Positions 29,253 through 38,793 of a stretch of 59,286 nucleotides of DNA are shown piece after piece. The notes beneath the pieces are model-generated. The model was not told the DNA's origin and ran no database searches. It saw only the letters and a list, made by a program, of their open reading frames with translations. The stretch's first letter is position 1; each line of letters starts with the position of its first letter. Source of the stretch: an uncultured Brachyspira sp. (GTDB taxonomy: Bacteria; Spirochaetota; Brachyspiria; Brachyspirales; Brachyspiraceae); contig CALXXQ010000011.1 in assembly GCA_944392715.1 (NCBI GenBank), forward strand, positions 1 to 59,286, written 5' to 3'. Position numbers and translations under genes: made by a program.

Positions 29253-30038
29253 ATGTTCCCTAATGCTTATTATCAAGAAAATGAAAATCTAGTTCATCAT
29301 TTAAAATTAAAAAAAGGCGATGTAGGAAGATATATCATCATGCCTGGAGACCCTAAAAGATGCGTGAAGATAGCTAAAAGATTTGATAATGCCAAGTTAA
29401 TAGCTGATTATAGGGAATATGCTACATACACAGGATATATAAACGGAGTTAAAGTTTCAGCTGTTTCTCATGGAATAGGAGGGCCTTCTACTGCTATAGC
29501 TTTAGAAGAACTTATAAAGGTAGGAGCTGATACTTTTTTGCGTGTCGGTACTTGCGGCGGTATGAATATGGATGTGCTTCCTGGCGATGTTGTTATAGTT
29601 AATGGTGCTGTAAAGGGCGGCGGTACAATGGATAATTATATACCAAAAGAGTTTCCATGCGTTCCTAATATAGATGTTCTTGAGGCTATAATTGAAGGTG
29701 CAGAAAAAATAAAAACAAGAACTCATGTAGGGGTTGTGCAGTGTAAAGATGCTTTTTATGCTCAGCATGCTCCTGAAAGTATGGCTGTTGATAAGGAATT
29801 ATTATATAAATGGGACAGCTATATTAAAGCTGGATGTCTGGCTTCTGAAATGGAATCTGCTACTTTATTTGCAATAGGCGCTGCAAAAAATGTACGTACT
29901 GGTGCTGCTATGCTTGTGCTTCATAATCAGGAAAGAATAAGGAATAATATTAATGATAAAAAAGATTATACAGGAGAAGAGGCCATAGATTTAATAATAG
30001 AGTCAATTAAAATTTTAATAGATAAAGATAAAATATAA
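29253..30038 (+). CDS. udp: Uridine phosphorylase-like nucleoside phosphorylase
   Basis: MPGDPKR, HGIGGPS, RVGTCGG, FYAQH, EMES, NQER. Confidence 0.85.
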   Translation: MFPNAYYQENENLVHHLKLKKGDVGRYIIMPGDPKRCVKIAKRFDNAKLIADYREYATYTGYINGVKVSAVSHGIGGPSTAIALEELIKVGADTFLRVGTCGGMNMDVLPGDVVIVNGAVKGGGTMDNYIPKEFPCVPNIDVLEAIIEGAEKIKTRTHVGVVQCKDAFYAQHAPESMAVDKELLYKWDSYIKAGCLASEMESATLFAIGAAKNVRTGAAMLVLHNQERIRNNINDKKDYTGEEAIDLIIESIKILIDKDKI

Positions 30039-30052
30039 ATTAGGATGAGATT

Positions 30053-31135
30053 ATGAAAAGAAAAATATTTTTTTATGTTTTATTAATTGCTTCTTTATTC
30101 GTATTTTCCTGCACCAAAAATACAAATAAGGATACAGGTACTTATGAAATAGCTGTATTAATAGATTTAGGCCCTATTGATGATAAGTCTTTTAATCAAG
30201 GCTCTTGGGAAGGGGTTAAGGATTATGCAGAAGATCATGGCATAAGTTATAAATATTATAGAGTTCCAGATAAGGATATAGATTCTTATTTGAATACTAT
30301 AGATCTTGCTGTAAAAGGAGGAGCCAAATTAGTAGTAACTCCTGGATATATGTTTGAGCCTGCTATTTATAAGGCCCAGGATATTTATACTAATGTTCAT
30401 TTTATATTAATAGACGGAGAGCCTCAAGATGGAACTTATACAGATTATAAGACTTCAAAGAATACAGTTGCTATTCTTTATGCTGAAGAGGAAGCAGGGT
30501 TTTTAACAGGATATTCTATAGTAAAAGAGGGGTATACTAATTTAGGCTTTGTAGGAGGTGTAGCTCATCCTGCTGTTATAAGATTTGGATACGGATTTAT
30601 ACAAGGAGCTGATTATGCTGCTGTTGAATTAAAGCTCCCGAAAGATACGGTTAATATAAAATATACTTATGTTGGTAATTATGATCCTACTCCTGAAAAT
30701 CAAACATTGGCTACTTCTTGGTATCAAAGCGGTGTTCAGGTAATATTTGCCGCAGCTGGTGCAGCAGGAAATTCAGTTATGAGTGCAGCTGAAAATAATA
30801 ATGGATTGGTTATAGGTGTTGATGTCGATCAAAGCTTTGAATCTCCTGCAGTTATTACTTCAGCTATGAAGATGATAAGAGAGTCTGTTTATAATACTGT
30901 TGCTTCTTATTATAATGGTAACTTTAATGGAGGAAAAACTGTTATATTTAATGCTCAAGTTAATGGAGTAGGACTTCCTATGTCCACTTCAAAGTTTAAA
31001 GTTTTTACTAAAGAAGATTATGATATTATATATAATACTCTCGTAAATAAAAGTATTAAAGTATTAAAAGATACTGATGTAAAAACAATAGAAGAACTTC
31101 CTTTAAATAGAGTAAAAATTAATTATATTAAATAA
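30053..31135 (+). CDS. BMP-family nucleoside-binding lipoprotein 1
   Basis: Lipobox VFSC; DDKSFNQ, IGVDVDQ, TSAMK. Confidence 0.92.
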   Translation: MKRKIFFYVLLIASLFVFSCTKNTNKDTGTYEIAVLIDLGPIDDKSFNQGSWEGVKDYAEDHGISYKYYRVPDKDIDSYLNTIDLAVKGGAKLVVTPGYMFEPAIYKAQDIYTNVHFILIDGEPQDGTYTDYKTSKNTVAILYAEEEAGFLTGYSIVKEGYTNLGFVGGVAHPAVIRFGYGFIQGADYAAVELKLPKDTVNIKYTYVGNYDPTPENQTLATSWYQSGVQVIFAAAGAAGNSVMSAAENNNGLVIGVDVDQSFESPAVITSAMKMIRESVYNTVASYYNGNFNGGKTVIFNAQVNGVGLPMSTSKFKVFTKEDYDIIYNTLVNKSIKVLKDTDVKTIEELPLNRVKINYIK

Positions 31136-31167
31136 ATCATTTAAATTTCATATACAGGAGGCTATTC

Positions 31168-32241
31168 ATGAAGAAAATTTTAAGTTTTATTATAATAATA
31201 ATTTCTATTATAATGATGATTTCATGTAATTTAGGAAAAAGAGATAATACTTATGAAATAGCCTTAATTACTGAAGGTACAATAGATGATAAGTCTTTTA
31301 ATCAGGGAGCTTGGGAAGGATTAAAAAAATATGCTGATGAAAAATCAATAACATATAAATATTATCAGCCTACTCAAAACACTACAGATGGTTATATTGA
31401 TTCTATAGACTTAGCTGCAGCATCTGGAGCTAAATTGATAATTACGCCTAATTATTTATTTGAAGCAGCCATATATAGAGCTCAGGACAATCATCCTGAT
31501 ATAAATTTTGTAATTTTGGATGGCAGTCCTCAGGATGGAACTTATACAGATTTTAGAATAGAAAAAAATGTTTGTTCTATAGTTTATGCTGAAGAGGAGG
31601 CTGGTTTTTTAGCTGGTTATGCTATAGTAAAAGAGGGATATACTAATTTAGGTGTTATGGGAGGTATGGCTGTTCCTCCTGTTGTAAGATTTAGTTATGG
31701 TTTTGTTCAGGGAGCAAATTATGCTGCTAAGGAGATGAAATTATCTCCTGGAGCTGTAAAAATCAATTATACTTATGTTGGAGGTTTTAATGCCGCTCCT
31801 GAAAATCAGACATTAGCTACTTCTTTGTATCAAAGTGGAGTACAGGTAATATTTGCTCCTGCTGGGGGAGCTGGCAATTCAGTTATGAGTGCAGCTGAAA
31901 ATAATAATGGATTGGTTATAGGTGTTGATATAGATCAGAGTTTTGAATCTCCTACAGTTATTACTTCTGCTATGAAAATGATAAAAGATTCTGTTTATAA
32001 TGTTGTTGATTCATTTTATAATGGTACTTTTAAAGGCGGCACAAGTACAAGATTAGATTCTAAAGCTAATGGAATAGGACTTCCTATGAAAACTTCCAAA
32101 TTTAAAGTATTTAATGAAAATGATTATGAGAATATATATAAAAAACTTTTAGGCGGAAATATAGAAATACTTAAAGATACTGATGTTAAAACTGTAATGG
32201 AGCTGCCTTTAGATATAGTAAGAGTTAATTATATCAAATAA
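31168..32241 (+). CDS. BMP-family nucleoside-binding lipoprotein 2
   Basis: Lipobox MISC; DDKSFNQ, IGVDIDQ, TSAMK. Confidence 0.92.
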   Translation: MKKILSFIIIIISIIMMISCNLGKRDNTYEIALITEGTIDDKSFNQGAWEGLKKYADEKSITYKYYQPTQNTTDGYIDSIDLAAASGAKLIITPNYLFEAAIYRAQDNHPDINFVILDGSPQDGTYTDFRIEKNVCSIVYAEEEAGFLAGYAIVKEGYTNLGVMGGMAVPPVVRFSYGFVQGANYAAKEMKLSPGAVKINYTYVGGFNAAPENQTLATSLYQSGVQVIFAPAGGAGNSVMSAAENNNGLVIGVDIDQSFESPTVITSAMKMIKDSVYNVVDSFYNGTFKGGTSTRLDSKANGIGLPMKTSKFKVFNENDYENIYKKLLGGNIEILKDTDVKTVMELPLDIVRVNYIK

Positions 32242-32267
32242 ATTACTAAAAAATAGGAGAAAATAAT

Positions 32268-33344
32268 ATGAAAAAATTTCTTACTTCAATTATCCTCATA
32301 ATGAGTGTTATTCTAATGATTTCATGTGCAGGAGGAAAAAAATCTGGAGGATATGAATTGGCATTAATTACAGATGTTGGTACCATAGATGACAGATCAT
32401 TTAATCAGGGTTCTTGGGAGGGATTAAAAAAGTATGCTGATGAAAAAGGCATATCTCATAAATATTATCAGCCTGCTCAAAAAACTACTGATGCTTATGT
32501 TGATGCTATAGATTTGGCAGTTTCAGCAGGAGCTAAATTAGTTGTAACTCCTGGATTTTTATTTGAACCTGCTGTTTACAGAGCTCAGGATAATCATCCT
32601 AATGTAAGTTTTGTACTTTTAGACGGTACTCCTCAGGACGGAACTTATACTGATTTTAGAATAGAGACTAATGTTTATTCAGTGCTTTATGCTGAAGAGC
32701 AAGCAGGATTTTTAGCTGGTTATGCTGCAGTAAAAGACGGATATACTAATTTAGGTGTTATGGCTGGTATGGCTGTTCCTGCTGTTATAAGATTCGGATA
32801 TGGATTTGTTCAGGGGGCAAATTATGCTGCTAAAGAAATGGGATTAACTTCTGGAGCGGTAAAAATCAATTATACTTATGTAGGAAATTTCAATGCTACT
32901 CCTGAAAATCAGACATTAGCTACTTCTTGGTATCAAAGCGGAGTACAGGTAATATTTGCTCCTGCAGGAGGAGCTGGAAACTCTGTTATGAGTGCTGCTG
33001 AGCAGAATAATGGTTTGGTTATAGGGGTTGATATAGATCAAAGTTCAGAATCTGAAACTGTTATTACTTCTGCTATGAAGATGCTTGGAGAATCAGTTTA
33101 TAATGCAATAGATGATTTCTATAATAATAAATTTCCTGGCGGTCAATCTGTAATACTTGATGCCAAAGTTAATGGTATAGGTCTTCCTATGGAAACTTCT
33201 AAATTCCAGAAATTCACTCAGAATGATTATGATATGATTTACAAAAAACTTACAGGCGGTGAAGTAAAAGTACTTACAGATAAAGATGCTGAAAATGTTA
33301 CTCAATTACCTTTAGATATTGCTAAAGTTAATTTTATACAATAA
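32268..33344 (+). CDS. BMP-family nucleoside-binding lipoprotein 3
   Basis: Lipobox MISC; DDRSFNQ, IGVDIDQ, TSAMK. Confidence 0.92.
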   Translation: MKKFLTSIILIMSVILMISCAGGKKSGGYELALITDVGTIDDRSFNQGSWEGLKKYADEKGISHKYYQPAQKTTDAYVDAIDLAVSAGAKLVVTPGFLFEPAVYRAQDNHPNVSFVLLDGTPQDGTYTDFRIETNVYSVLYAEEQAGFLAGYAAVKDGYTNLGVMAGMAVPAVIRFGYGFVQGANYAAKEMGLTSGAVKINYTYVGNFNATPENQTLATSWYQSGVQVIFAPAGGAGNSVMSAAEQNNGLVIGVDIDQSSESETVITSAMKMLGESVYNAIDDFYNNKFPGGQSVILDAKVNGIGLPMETSKFQKFTQNDYDMIYKKLTGGEVKVLTDKDAENVTQLPLDIAKVNFIQ

Positions 33345-33357
33345 TAATTAATAATTT

Positions 33358-33397
33358 AATAGAGATACTGGAATATCATCTGGTATCTCTATTTTTT
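33358..33397 (+). terminator. Internal stem-loop/terminator between binding-protein genes and the ATPase
   Basis: aatagagatac/gtatctctatt stem then T-run. Confidence 0.65.
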
Positions 33398-33424
33398 AGA
33401 TAAAAATTATGGGGAATAATATAA

Positions 33425-34960
33425 ATGGAAAATTCAGAATATGTAGTTGAAATGCTTAATATTACGAAACGTTTTAAAGGTATAGTGGCAAATGATAATA
33501 TTACTATACAATTAAAAAGAGGTGAGATACATGCATTACTTGGAGAAAATGGTGCTGGAAAATCTACACTTATGAGCGTACTTTTTGGGCTTTATAAACA
33601 AGAAGAGGGAATTATTAAAGTTAATGGAAAAGAGGTAAATATTGATAATCCTAATACTGCTAATGCTTTAGGTATTGGTATGGTGCATCAGCATTTCAAA
33701 TTAGTTCATAATTTTACTGCTTTGGAAAATATTATGCTTGGAGTTGAAACTGTAAAAAATGGAATACTTCAGGTTGATGATGCTAGAAAAAGAGTAATGG
33801 AATTAAGCAAAACTTATGGACTTGAAATTTATCCTGATTCTCTAATAAGTGATTTGACTGTAGGTATGCAGCAGAGAGTAGAAATATTAAAAATGCTTTA
33901 TAAGAATAATGATATACTTATTTTTGATGAGCCTACTGCTGTACTTACTCCTAATGAAATAGAAGAACTTATAAAAATAATGAAATCCTTAGCTAGAGAG
34001 GGTAAATCTATATTATTTATTACTCATAAATTAAATGAAATTAAAGAAGCTGCAGATAGATGTTCTGTACTTCGCAAGGGTAAATATATAGGCACAATAG
34101 ATGTGAAATCTACAACTAAAGAAGAAATGTCTGAAATGATGGTTGGAAGAAAGGTATCTTTGGTAGTAGAAAAAACTGAAGCTAAACCTAAGGATATAAT
34201 ATTATCAGTAAAAGATTTGAATATTAAATCTCTTAATAATAAAAGCGAAAAGAATATAGTAAAAAATGTTTCTTTTGATGTTCATGCGGGGGAGATAGTA
34301 TGCATTGCTGGTATTGACGGAAACGGACAAAGCGAGCTTATATATGCTATTACTGGTTTAATGGAAATGTCAAGCGGAAGCATTTATTTAAATGGAAAAG
34401 ACATTACTAATTTATCTATAAGAAATAAAACCTTAAGCGGTATCGGACATATTCCTGAAGACAGACATAAGCATGGACTTGTACTTGATTATACACTTGG
34501 AGAAAATACGATACTTCAAACTTATTTCACAGAAAGATTTCAAAATAAAGGATTTTTGAAGTTTAAAGAAATAGAAAATTATGCTGATGAACTTATAAAA
34601 AGATTTGATATAAGAAGTGCTGAGGGTGCTAAAACTATAGCAAGAAGTATGTCTGGAGGAAATCAGCAGAAGGCTATAATTGCAAGAGAGATAGACAGAA
34701 ATCCTGATTTACTTATAGCGGTTCAGCCTACTAGGGGATTAGATGTTGGAGCTATTGAATATATACATAAAGAGTTAATTGCTCAAAGAGATAATGGAAA
34801 GGCTGTTTTACTTGTTTCATTAGAGCTTGATGAGGTAATGAATTTAAGTGATAGAATACTCGTTATGTATGAGGGTGAAATTGTAGCTAATGTTAATAAT
34901 AAAGATTTAACTATTAATGAACTTGGTCTTTATATGGCAGGCTCTAAGAGAAGTGCATAA
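33425..34960 (+). CDS. Nucleoside ABC transporter ATPase (two ABC domains)
   Basis: GENGAGKST, FDEPT, SGGNQQK, QPTRGLD. Confidence 0.93.
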   Translation: MENSEYVVEMLNITKRFKGIVANDNITIQLKRGEIHALLGENGAGKSTLMSVLFGLYKQEEGIIKVNGKEVNIDNPNTANALGIGMVHQHFKLVHNFTALENIMLGVETVKNGILQVDDARKRVMELSKTYGLEIYPDSLISDLTVGMQQRVEILKMLYKNNDILIFDEPTAVLTPNEIEELIKIMKSLAREGKSILFITHKLNEIKEAADRCSVLRKGKYIGTIDVKSTTKEEMSEMMVGRKVSLVVEKTEAKPKDIILSVKDLNIKSLNNKSEKNIVKNVSFDVHAGEIVCIAGIDGNGQSELIYAITGLMEMSSGSIYLNGKDITNLSIRNKTLSGIGHIPEDRHKHGLVLDYTLGENTILQTYFTERFQNKGFLKFKEIENYADELIKRFDIRSAEGAKTIARSMSGGNQQKAIIAREIDRNPDLLIAVQPTRGLDVGAIEYIHKELIAQRDNGKAVLLVSLELDEVMNLSDRILVMYEGEIVANVNNKDLTINELGLYMAGSKRSA

Positions 34961-35108
34961 ATTTAAGTGAGTTTATAATAAACTAAATATAAAAGACATA
35001 CTAAATAAAAAAACTAGTGAGTGTATTAACAAATAATTTTTTATTTATACATAGTTTGCAGATAAAACTTTAATTATTGATAATATGTTGTTATAAAAGG
35101 AGTGCTTA

Positions 35109-36224
35109 ATGGATTTCAAAAACAAATTGACGGGTATTTTAGAGAAAGAAGGATTTGTTAATATATTTTCTTCTTTTTTAGCTATTATTATAGGTCTGCT
35201 TTTGGGGCTTATAATACTTCTTATAAGTAATGTTCATGATGCTTTTCCTGCTTTTATGACAATACTTTCAGGAGGATTTTCTGGAGGCTCTAGAGGAATG
35301 GGACAGGTTATATACACTGCCACACCTTTAATACTTACAGGGCTTTCAGTTGGATTTGCTTTTAAAAACGGACTTTTTAATATAGGAGCTCCTGGACAAT
35401 TTATAGTAGGTGCTTATGCTGCTGTATTAGTGGCAGTAAAATGCACTTTTCTTCCTCCTGCTATACATTGGTTAGTTGCTTTATTAGTTTCTTTTATAGC
35501 TGGAGGACTTTGGGCTTATTTACCAGGTTTTTTAAAGGCTCATTTCAATGTTAATGAAGTTATTTCAAGCATTATGATGAATTATATTGGTATGTATTTA
35601 GTTAATTATCTTGTTACTCTTACAGTTTATGATATGCTTAAAAATCAGTCTCAGAATATTCCTCCTTCTTCTATGATTCCTACTATGGGGCTTAATACTA
35701 TATTCAAGGGATCAAGTGCTAATGGAGGATTTTTCATTGCTGTTATAGTGGTGATAATAGTATATATAATACTTTCTAAAACTACATTCGGTTTTGAGCT
35801 TAAAGCATGCGGACTCAATAAAGATGCAAGTAAATATGCTGGTATTAACGAAAAAAGAAATATTATTCTTTCTATGGTTATAGCTGGAGCTTTGGCTGGA
35901 CTTGGAGGAGGTCTTTTATATCTTTCTGGAGTTGGAAAACATATAGAAGTAGTTGATATACTTGCTGATGAAGGCTTTATGGGTATACCTATTGCATTGC
36001 TTGGGCTATCTCATCCTATAGGAATATTAATTGCGGGTCTTTTTATAGCTCATATTACTGTAGGAGGATTTTATATGCAGATATATGATTTTACTCCAGA
36101 GATTATAGAGATGATTATATCTGCTATTATATATTTTAGTGCTTTTGCTTTGCTTTTTAAGTCTATTGTTAGATTTATATCTAAAAAGATAATTAAAAAA
36201 GAAGAAAAAAATGCTAATGGGTAA
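35109..36224 (+). CDS. Nucleoside ABC transporter permease 1
   Basis: GLFNIGAPGQ, NEVISSIMMN, GFELKACG. Confidence 0.92.
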   Translation: MDFKNKLTGILEKEGFVNIFSSFLAIIIGLLLGLIILLISNVHDAFPAFMTILSGGFSGGSRGMGQVIYTATPLILTGLSVGFAFKNGLFNIGAPGQFIVGAYAAVLVAVKCTFLPPAIHWLVALLVSFIAGGLWAYLPGFLKAHFNVNEVISSIMMNYIGMYLVNYLVTLTVYDMLKNQSQNIPPSSMIPTMGLNTIFKGSSANGGFFIAVIVVIIVYIILSKTTFGFELKACGLNKDASKYAGINEKRNIILSMVIAGALAGLGGGLLYLSGVGKHIEVVDILADEGFMGIPIALLGLSHPIGILIAGLFIAHITVGGFYMQIYDFTPEIIEMIISAIIYFSAFALLFKSIVRFISKKIIKKEEKNANG

Positions 36225-36252
36225 AGAATAGAAAATATAAAAGGAGATTTTA

Positions 36253-37206
36253 ATGGATACAATTTATTTTTTAGTACAGCAGACAATGTTTTTTTCTATT
36301 CCGCTTTTACTTGTAGCATTAGGCGGAATGTTTTCTGAAAGAAGCGGAGTAGTTAATATTGCTCTTGAAGGTATAATGATAATAGGTGCTTTTGCTGGAA
36401 TATTTTTTATAAGCAGATTAGGTGCTAATTTTCCTCCTATGATAACATTATTTATTGCTATGATTATATCAGCTTTATCTGGATTAATATTTTCACTTTT
36501 TCATGCTTATGCTGCTATTAGTATGAGTGCAGATCAGGTTATAAGCGGTACGGCTTTAAATATATTTGCTCCTGCTTTTGCTATATATGTAACAAGAGCT
36601 ATTCAAGTTGTTCAGCAAATAAGTTTCGTTAATAATTTTAGAATAGAGTCAGTTCCTATACTCGGAAGCATTCCTATAATAGGAGGATTATTTTTCAAAA
36701 ACACTTATATAACAGCTTATATAGGTTTTATAATACTTGCTTTATCTTGGGTTTTACTTTATAAAACTAGATTCGGACTTAGGCTTAGAAGCTGCGGAGA
36801 ACATCCTCAGGCTGCAGATTCTGTAGGTATCAATGTTTATAAGATGCGTTATATTGGTGTTGCTATATCAGGAGCATTGGGAGGTTTAGGAGGACTAGTA
36901 TTTGTTATTCCTACTTCTACAAACTTCAATGCTACTGTAGCAGGTTATGGATTTTTGGCTTTGGCAGTACTTATATTCGGACAATGGAAGCCTATGAGAA
37001 TACTTTATGCAGCATTTTTCTTTGGTCTTATGAAAACATTGGCTTCTGCTTATTCTGGAATACCTATACTTGCAAGTCTTCCTATATCAAATAATATATA
37101 TAAAATGATTCCTTATATAACAACTATAATAGTACTTGCATTTACTTCCAAAAATTCTCAGGCACCTAAAGCATCAGGCATTCCTTATGATAAAGAAGCT
37201 AGATAA
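36253..37206 (+). CDS. Nucleoside ABC transporter permease 2
   Basis: SERSGVVNIALEG, GLRLRSCGEHP, GFLALAVLIFG. Confidence 0.92.
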   Translation: MDTIYFLVQQTMFFSIPLLLVALGGMFSERSGVVNIALEGIMIIGAFAGIFFISRLGANFPPMITLFIAMIISALSGLIFSLFHAYAAISMSADQVISGTALNIFAPAFAIYVTRAIQVVQQISFVNNFRIESVPILGSIPIIGGLFFKNTYITAYIGFIILALSWVLLYKTRFGLRLRSCGEHPQAADSVGINVYKMRYIGVAISGALGGLGGLVFVIPTSTNFNATVAGYGFLALAVLIFGQWKPMRILYAAFFFGLMKTLASAYSGIPILASLPISNNIYKMIPYITTIIVLAFTSKNSQAPKASGIPYDKEAR

Positions 37207-37235
37207 ATAATAAATTTTTTATATGGGATTTTAAT

Positions 37236-38414
37236 ATGCTTAAATATGATTCAAAAGAAATATTAGATTATGTTGTAAAATGCAGAAGATATTTGCATTC
37301 TATACCAGAACTTGGAATAGATTTGCCTAAGACTAGAGAGTTTGTTATAAATGAACTTAATAGTTTTGAAAATATTAAATATACAAAAAATAAAAAGGAT
37401 TCTGGTATTATAGCTTTTATAAAGGGGCAGAAAAAAGATAATAATGATAATATAGTTGCTTTGAGAGCTGATATGGATGCTTTGCCTATGAAAGAAGATA
37501 CTGATTTTGAATATAAATCCTGTAATAATAATATGCATGCATGCGGACATGATGCCCATACTGCTATACTTTTAGGTGCTTGTAAAATACTTAATGATAA
37601 TGTTAATGAGTTTTCTGGTACTATTAGATTTTTATTTCAAACAGGCGAAGAAGTGGGAGCTGGGGCTAAAATAATGATAGAAGAGAATGCATTAAAAGAT
37701 GTTAATGCTATATTCGGAGTGCATATTGGAAGTTTTGCCCCTGAAACTCCTAATGGTGTTTTTATTATACAAGAAGGTCCTATTATGGCCTCTACTGATA
37801 AAATAATAATAAGAGTTAAAGGTAAAGGTACGCATGGAGCTTATCCTCAGGCTGGAATAGATCCTATAGTTATGTCTGCTGAAATTATTAATGCTCTTCA
37901 ATCAATAATTACAAGAGAGATAGAGGCTTCTGAGACTGTTTTATTATCCCTTTGTAAGATTAATGGAGGAAGTGCTTTTAATATTATACCTGATATTGTT
38001 GAAATAGAGGGTACTATCAGAACATTTAATAATGATGTTAGAGAATTTTTTATTAAAAGAATAAAAGAAAAATCCAAACTTATAGCTAATTCTATGCTTG
38101 GAGAATGCGAAGTAGAGATAATAGAATATGCATGCGTAACTTTAAATGATGCTGAAATAACTAACAGTATAAAAAATACAGCTATTAATATATTTTCTGA
38201 AGAATCTGTTTGGAATAAATATTATAAGCCTAGTATGGGAGGAGAAGATTTTTCTTATTATTTAAAAGAGGTTAGGGGATGTTTTGCATTATTTTCTACT
38301 ATAACAGAAAAAAATATTCCTAATCATAATAGCAAATTTGAAGTTAATGAGACAAAATTAAATATGCCTTCAGAGCTTATGGCTAATTGGGCGGTTAATT
38401 TTTTATGTAATTAA
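37236..38414 (+). CDS. M20 family amidohydrolase
   Basis: LRADMDALP, MHACGHDAH, FQTGEE, GEDFS. Confidence 0.92.
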   Translation: MLKYDSKEILDYVVKCRRYLHSIPELGIDLPKTREFVINELNSFENIKYTKNKKDSGIIAFIKGQKKDNNDNIVALRADMDALPMKEDTDFEYKSCNNNMHACGHDAHTAILLGACKILNDNVNEFSGTIRFLFQTGEEVGAGAKIMIEENALKDVNAIFGVHIGSFAPETPNGVFIIQEGPIMASTDKIIIRVKGKGTHGAYPQAGIDPIVMSAEIINALQSIITREIEASETVLLSLCKINGGSAFNIIPDIVEIEGTIRTFNNDVREFFIKRIKEKSKLIANSMLGECEVEIIEYACVTLNDAEITNSIKNTAINIFSEESVWNKYYKPSMGGEDFSYYLKEVRGCFALFSTITEKNIPNHNSKFEVNETKLNMPSELMANWAVNFLCN

Positions 38415-38465
38415 TTATATTTGTTAGTATTATAATATATTTTGTTTTGCCATATTAAAAAAATA

Positions 38466-38494
38466 TTGACTTTTACATTTTATTTTTATATACT
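38466..38494 (+). promoter_or_regulatory. Putative sigma70 promoter
   Basis: TTGACT-17 nt-TATACT. Confidence 0.5.
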
Positions 38495-38520
38495 ATAGAT
38501 ATGTATAAATGGGGGTAAAG

Positions 38521-38793
38521 ATGGCAAATTGTGAAGAGTTAAATAATATAGTAGAAAATTTAGATTATAAAATATTGTTTGAGAATGCTTCAAAAATAGA
38601 CGAGCTGTTAAAAGAAGATATTATATTAGATGATATTTTGAGTGAAAATTTATTTGTTTTATCTTTTGAATTATTAGATATGATAAAATCAGATCCTGAA
38701 AATTATAAAATATCAGATATGGATAATGATGAAAAAGTTAAAGCAATATCCAGTATTATAAGGAAAATGGAATTATCTTTTATAGAATTCTAA
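38521..38793 (+). CDS. Small acidic hypothetical protein
   Basis: Open frame with its own promoter and GGGG RBS before ATG 38521; no family recognised. Confidence 0.6.
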   Translation: MANCEELNNIVENLDYKILFENASKIDELLKEDIILDDILSENLFVLSFELLDMIKSDPENYKISDMDNDEKVKAISSIIRKMELSFIEF

